Below are positions 62,760 through 64,000 of a stretch of DNA of 64,000 nucleotides, piece after piece (position 1 is the first letter of the stretch; the number at the start of each line of letters is the position of its first letter). Source of the stretch: Acidobacteriota bacterium (GTDB taxonomy: Bacteria > Acidobacteriota > UBA4820 > DSQY01). The stretch is taken from NCBI GenBank assembly GCA_049967655.1, contig JBMFSH010000001.1, positions 1 to 64,000 of the forward strand. Direction: 5' to 3'. The position numbers and the translations under genes are program-made. The notes beneath the pieces are model-generated. The model did not search any database. It saw only the letters and a program-made list of their open reading frames with translations, and was not told the origin of the DNA.

Positions 62760-63152
62760 ATGAGCGTGATCCAATACCAGGGAACCGGAAGGCGCAAGAC
62801 CTCGGTGGCTCGCGTCTACCTGCGGCCGGGGAAGGGCACCATTTCGGTGAACAAGCGGGAGTTCGAGAACTACTTTCCGAACCCCCTCCACCGGATGCTC
62901 ATCCAGAGCCCGCTGGTCATGACCAGCACGCTGGACAAGTTCGACATCTTCGTGAACGTTCAGGGCGGCGGGTCCTCGGGGCAGGCGGGTGCGGTCCGCC
63001 ACGGCATCAGCCGTGCCCTCCTGGAGTACAACCAGGAGCTCAGGGGCAAGCTGAAGGCCGCGGGCATGCTGACCCGCGACGCGCGCGAGGTGGAGCGCAA
63101 GAAGTACGGCCACCCCAAGGCGCGCAAACGGTTCCAGTTCAGCAAGCGTTAA
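62760..63152 (+). CDS. rpsI: 30S ribosomal protein S9
   Basis: [31 protein letters not shown] and QFSKR. Confidence 0.98.
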   Translation: MSVIQYQGTGRRKTSVARVYLRPGKGTISVNKREFENYFPNPLHRMLIQSPLVMTSTLDKFDIFVNVQGGGSSGQAGAVRHGISRALLEYNQELRGKLKAAGMLTRDAREVERKKYGHPKARKRFQFSKR

Positions 63153-63368
63153 CCTTCACCGGGAGGGCCCCCGCCGTTGGTGGGCCGTCCCGGCCGTCCT
63201 GGATCGCGGAGGGCTGTGGCCCTGCATCGGTCCGGGGAGGGTCGGGCTCCCGGTTCGAACGCGGTCCCGTCATCCCGCGGACAGGCAAGGGGCGGGCAAG
63301 GCGCCCACGGTGGGCCGCCTGGCCATAAGGCTTTCCGCCCCGTCTGCGGCAGCCAGAAGGAGGGTACC

Positions 63369-64000
63369 TTGGCTAATGTTACCATGAAAGAACTGCTTGA
63401 ATCCGGCGTCCACTTCGGCCACCTCACCCGGAAGTGGAACCCCAAGATGAAGCGTTACATCTTCGGTCAGCGAAACGGCATCCACATCATCGACCTGCAG
63501 CACACCCTGCGCGAGTTCAAGCAGGCCTCCGGCTTCGTGACCGATGTGGCCGCCCGGGGCGGCAAGGTCCTCTTCGTCGGGACCAAGCGCCAGGCGCAGG
63601 AGGCCATCCGCGAAGCCGCGGCCAGGGTCAACATGCCGTGCGTCACGGAGCGGTGGCTGGGCGGCACCCTCACGAACTTCCGCACCATCATGACGCGGGT
63701 TCAGCGCCTCAAGGACCTCTCCCGCATGGAGAGCGACTCCGCCTTCGAGAACCTCACCAAGAAGGAGAAGCTCCTCCTCTCTAAGGAGAAGGAGAAGCTG
63801 GAGACCATGCTCTCGGGCATCATGGAGATGAGCCGCCTTCCCGCGGCGCTCTTCGTGGTGGACCTGAAGCGGGAGAAGAACTGCATCCGGGAGGCGCGGA
63901 AGCTGGGCATCCCCGTGGTGGCCATGGTGGACACCAACTGCGACCCTGACGAGGCCGACTTCCCGATCCCCGCCAACGACGACGCGGTCCGCGCCATCCA
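63369..64000 (+). CDS. rpsB: 30S ribosomal protein S2 (truncated by the window end)
   Basis: TTG start after [47 protein letters not shown] and IPANDD; absent from the ORF track because there is no stop in the window. Confidence 0.97.
   Translation, partial: MANVTMKELLESGVHFGHLTRKWNPKMKRYIFGQRNGIHIIDLQHTLREFKQASGFVTDVAARGGKVLFVGTKRQAQEAIREAAARVNMPCVTERWLGGTLTNFRTIMTRVQRLKDLSRMESDSAFENLTKKEKLLLSKEKEKLETMLSGIMEMSRLPAALFVVDLKREKNCIREARKLGIPVVAMVDTNCDPDEADFPIPANDDAVRAI

Overview
This is a high-GC bacterial chromosomal window, mostly core genome. The likely lineage is a deep-branching Acidobacteriota, inferred from gene content and the rplM-rpsI-rpsB order; this has not been checked by 16S classification. 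It holds one complete rRNA operon (tandem sigma70 promoters, boxA sites, 16S, tRNA-Ile, tRNA-Ala, 23S, 5S, terminator). Housekeeping genes include rpiB, glyA, apbC/mrp, holB, hup, acpP-fabF, etfBA, anmK, plsY, uvrC and rplM-rpsI-rpsB(partial). There are also several peptidases and transporters and three two-component clusters. I saw no transposase, prophage or CRISPR array. The most interesting structure is a signalling island at about 40.8-45.9 kb: a receiver protein with a 9-Cys domain, a PAS kinase, a sigma54 activator, a lone receiver and a stand-alone EAL phosphodiesterase. It carries two near-perfect sigma54 (-24/-12) promoters, each preceded by a pair of the same 16-bp pseudo-palindrome, which suggests an autoregulated c-di-GMP-degrading circuit. 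Other notable items are an MshEN-domain PilB/GspE-like pseudo-ATPase, an M1 aminopeptidase gene with two in-frame TAG codons and a broken HExxH motif, a FakA-FakB fusion coupled to plsY, a SpoIVB-S55/beta-propeller gene pair, an NtrC-like protein with GAFEEA in place of GAFTGA, and stacked 7-8-mer intergenic repeats. All calls come from motif recognition by eye; no searches were run.
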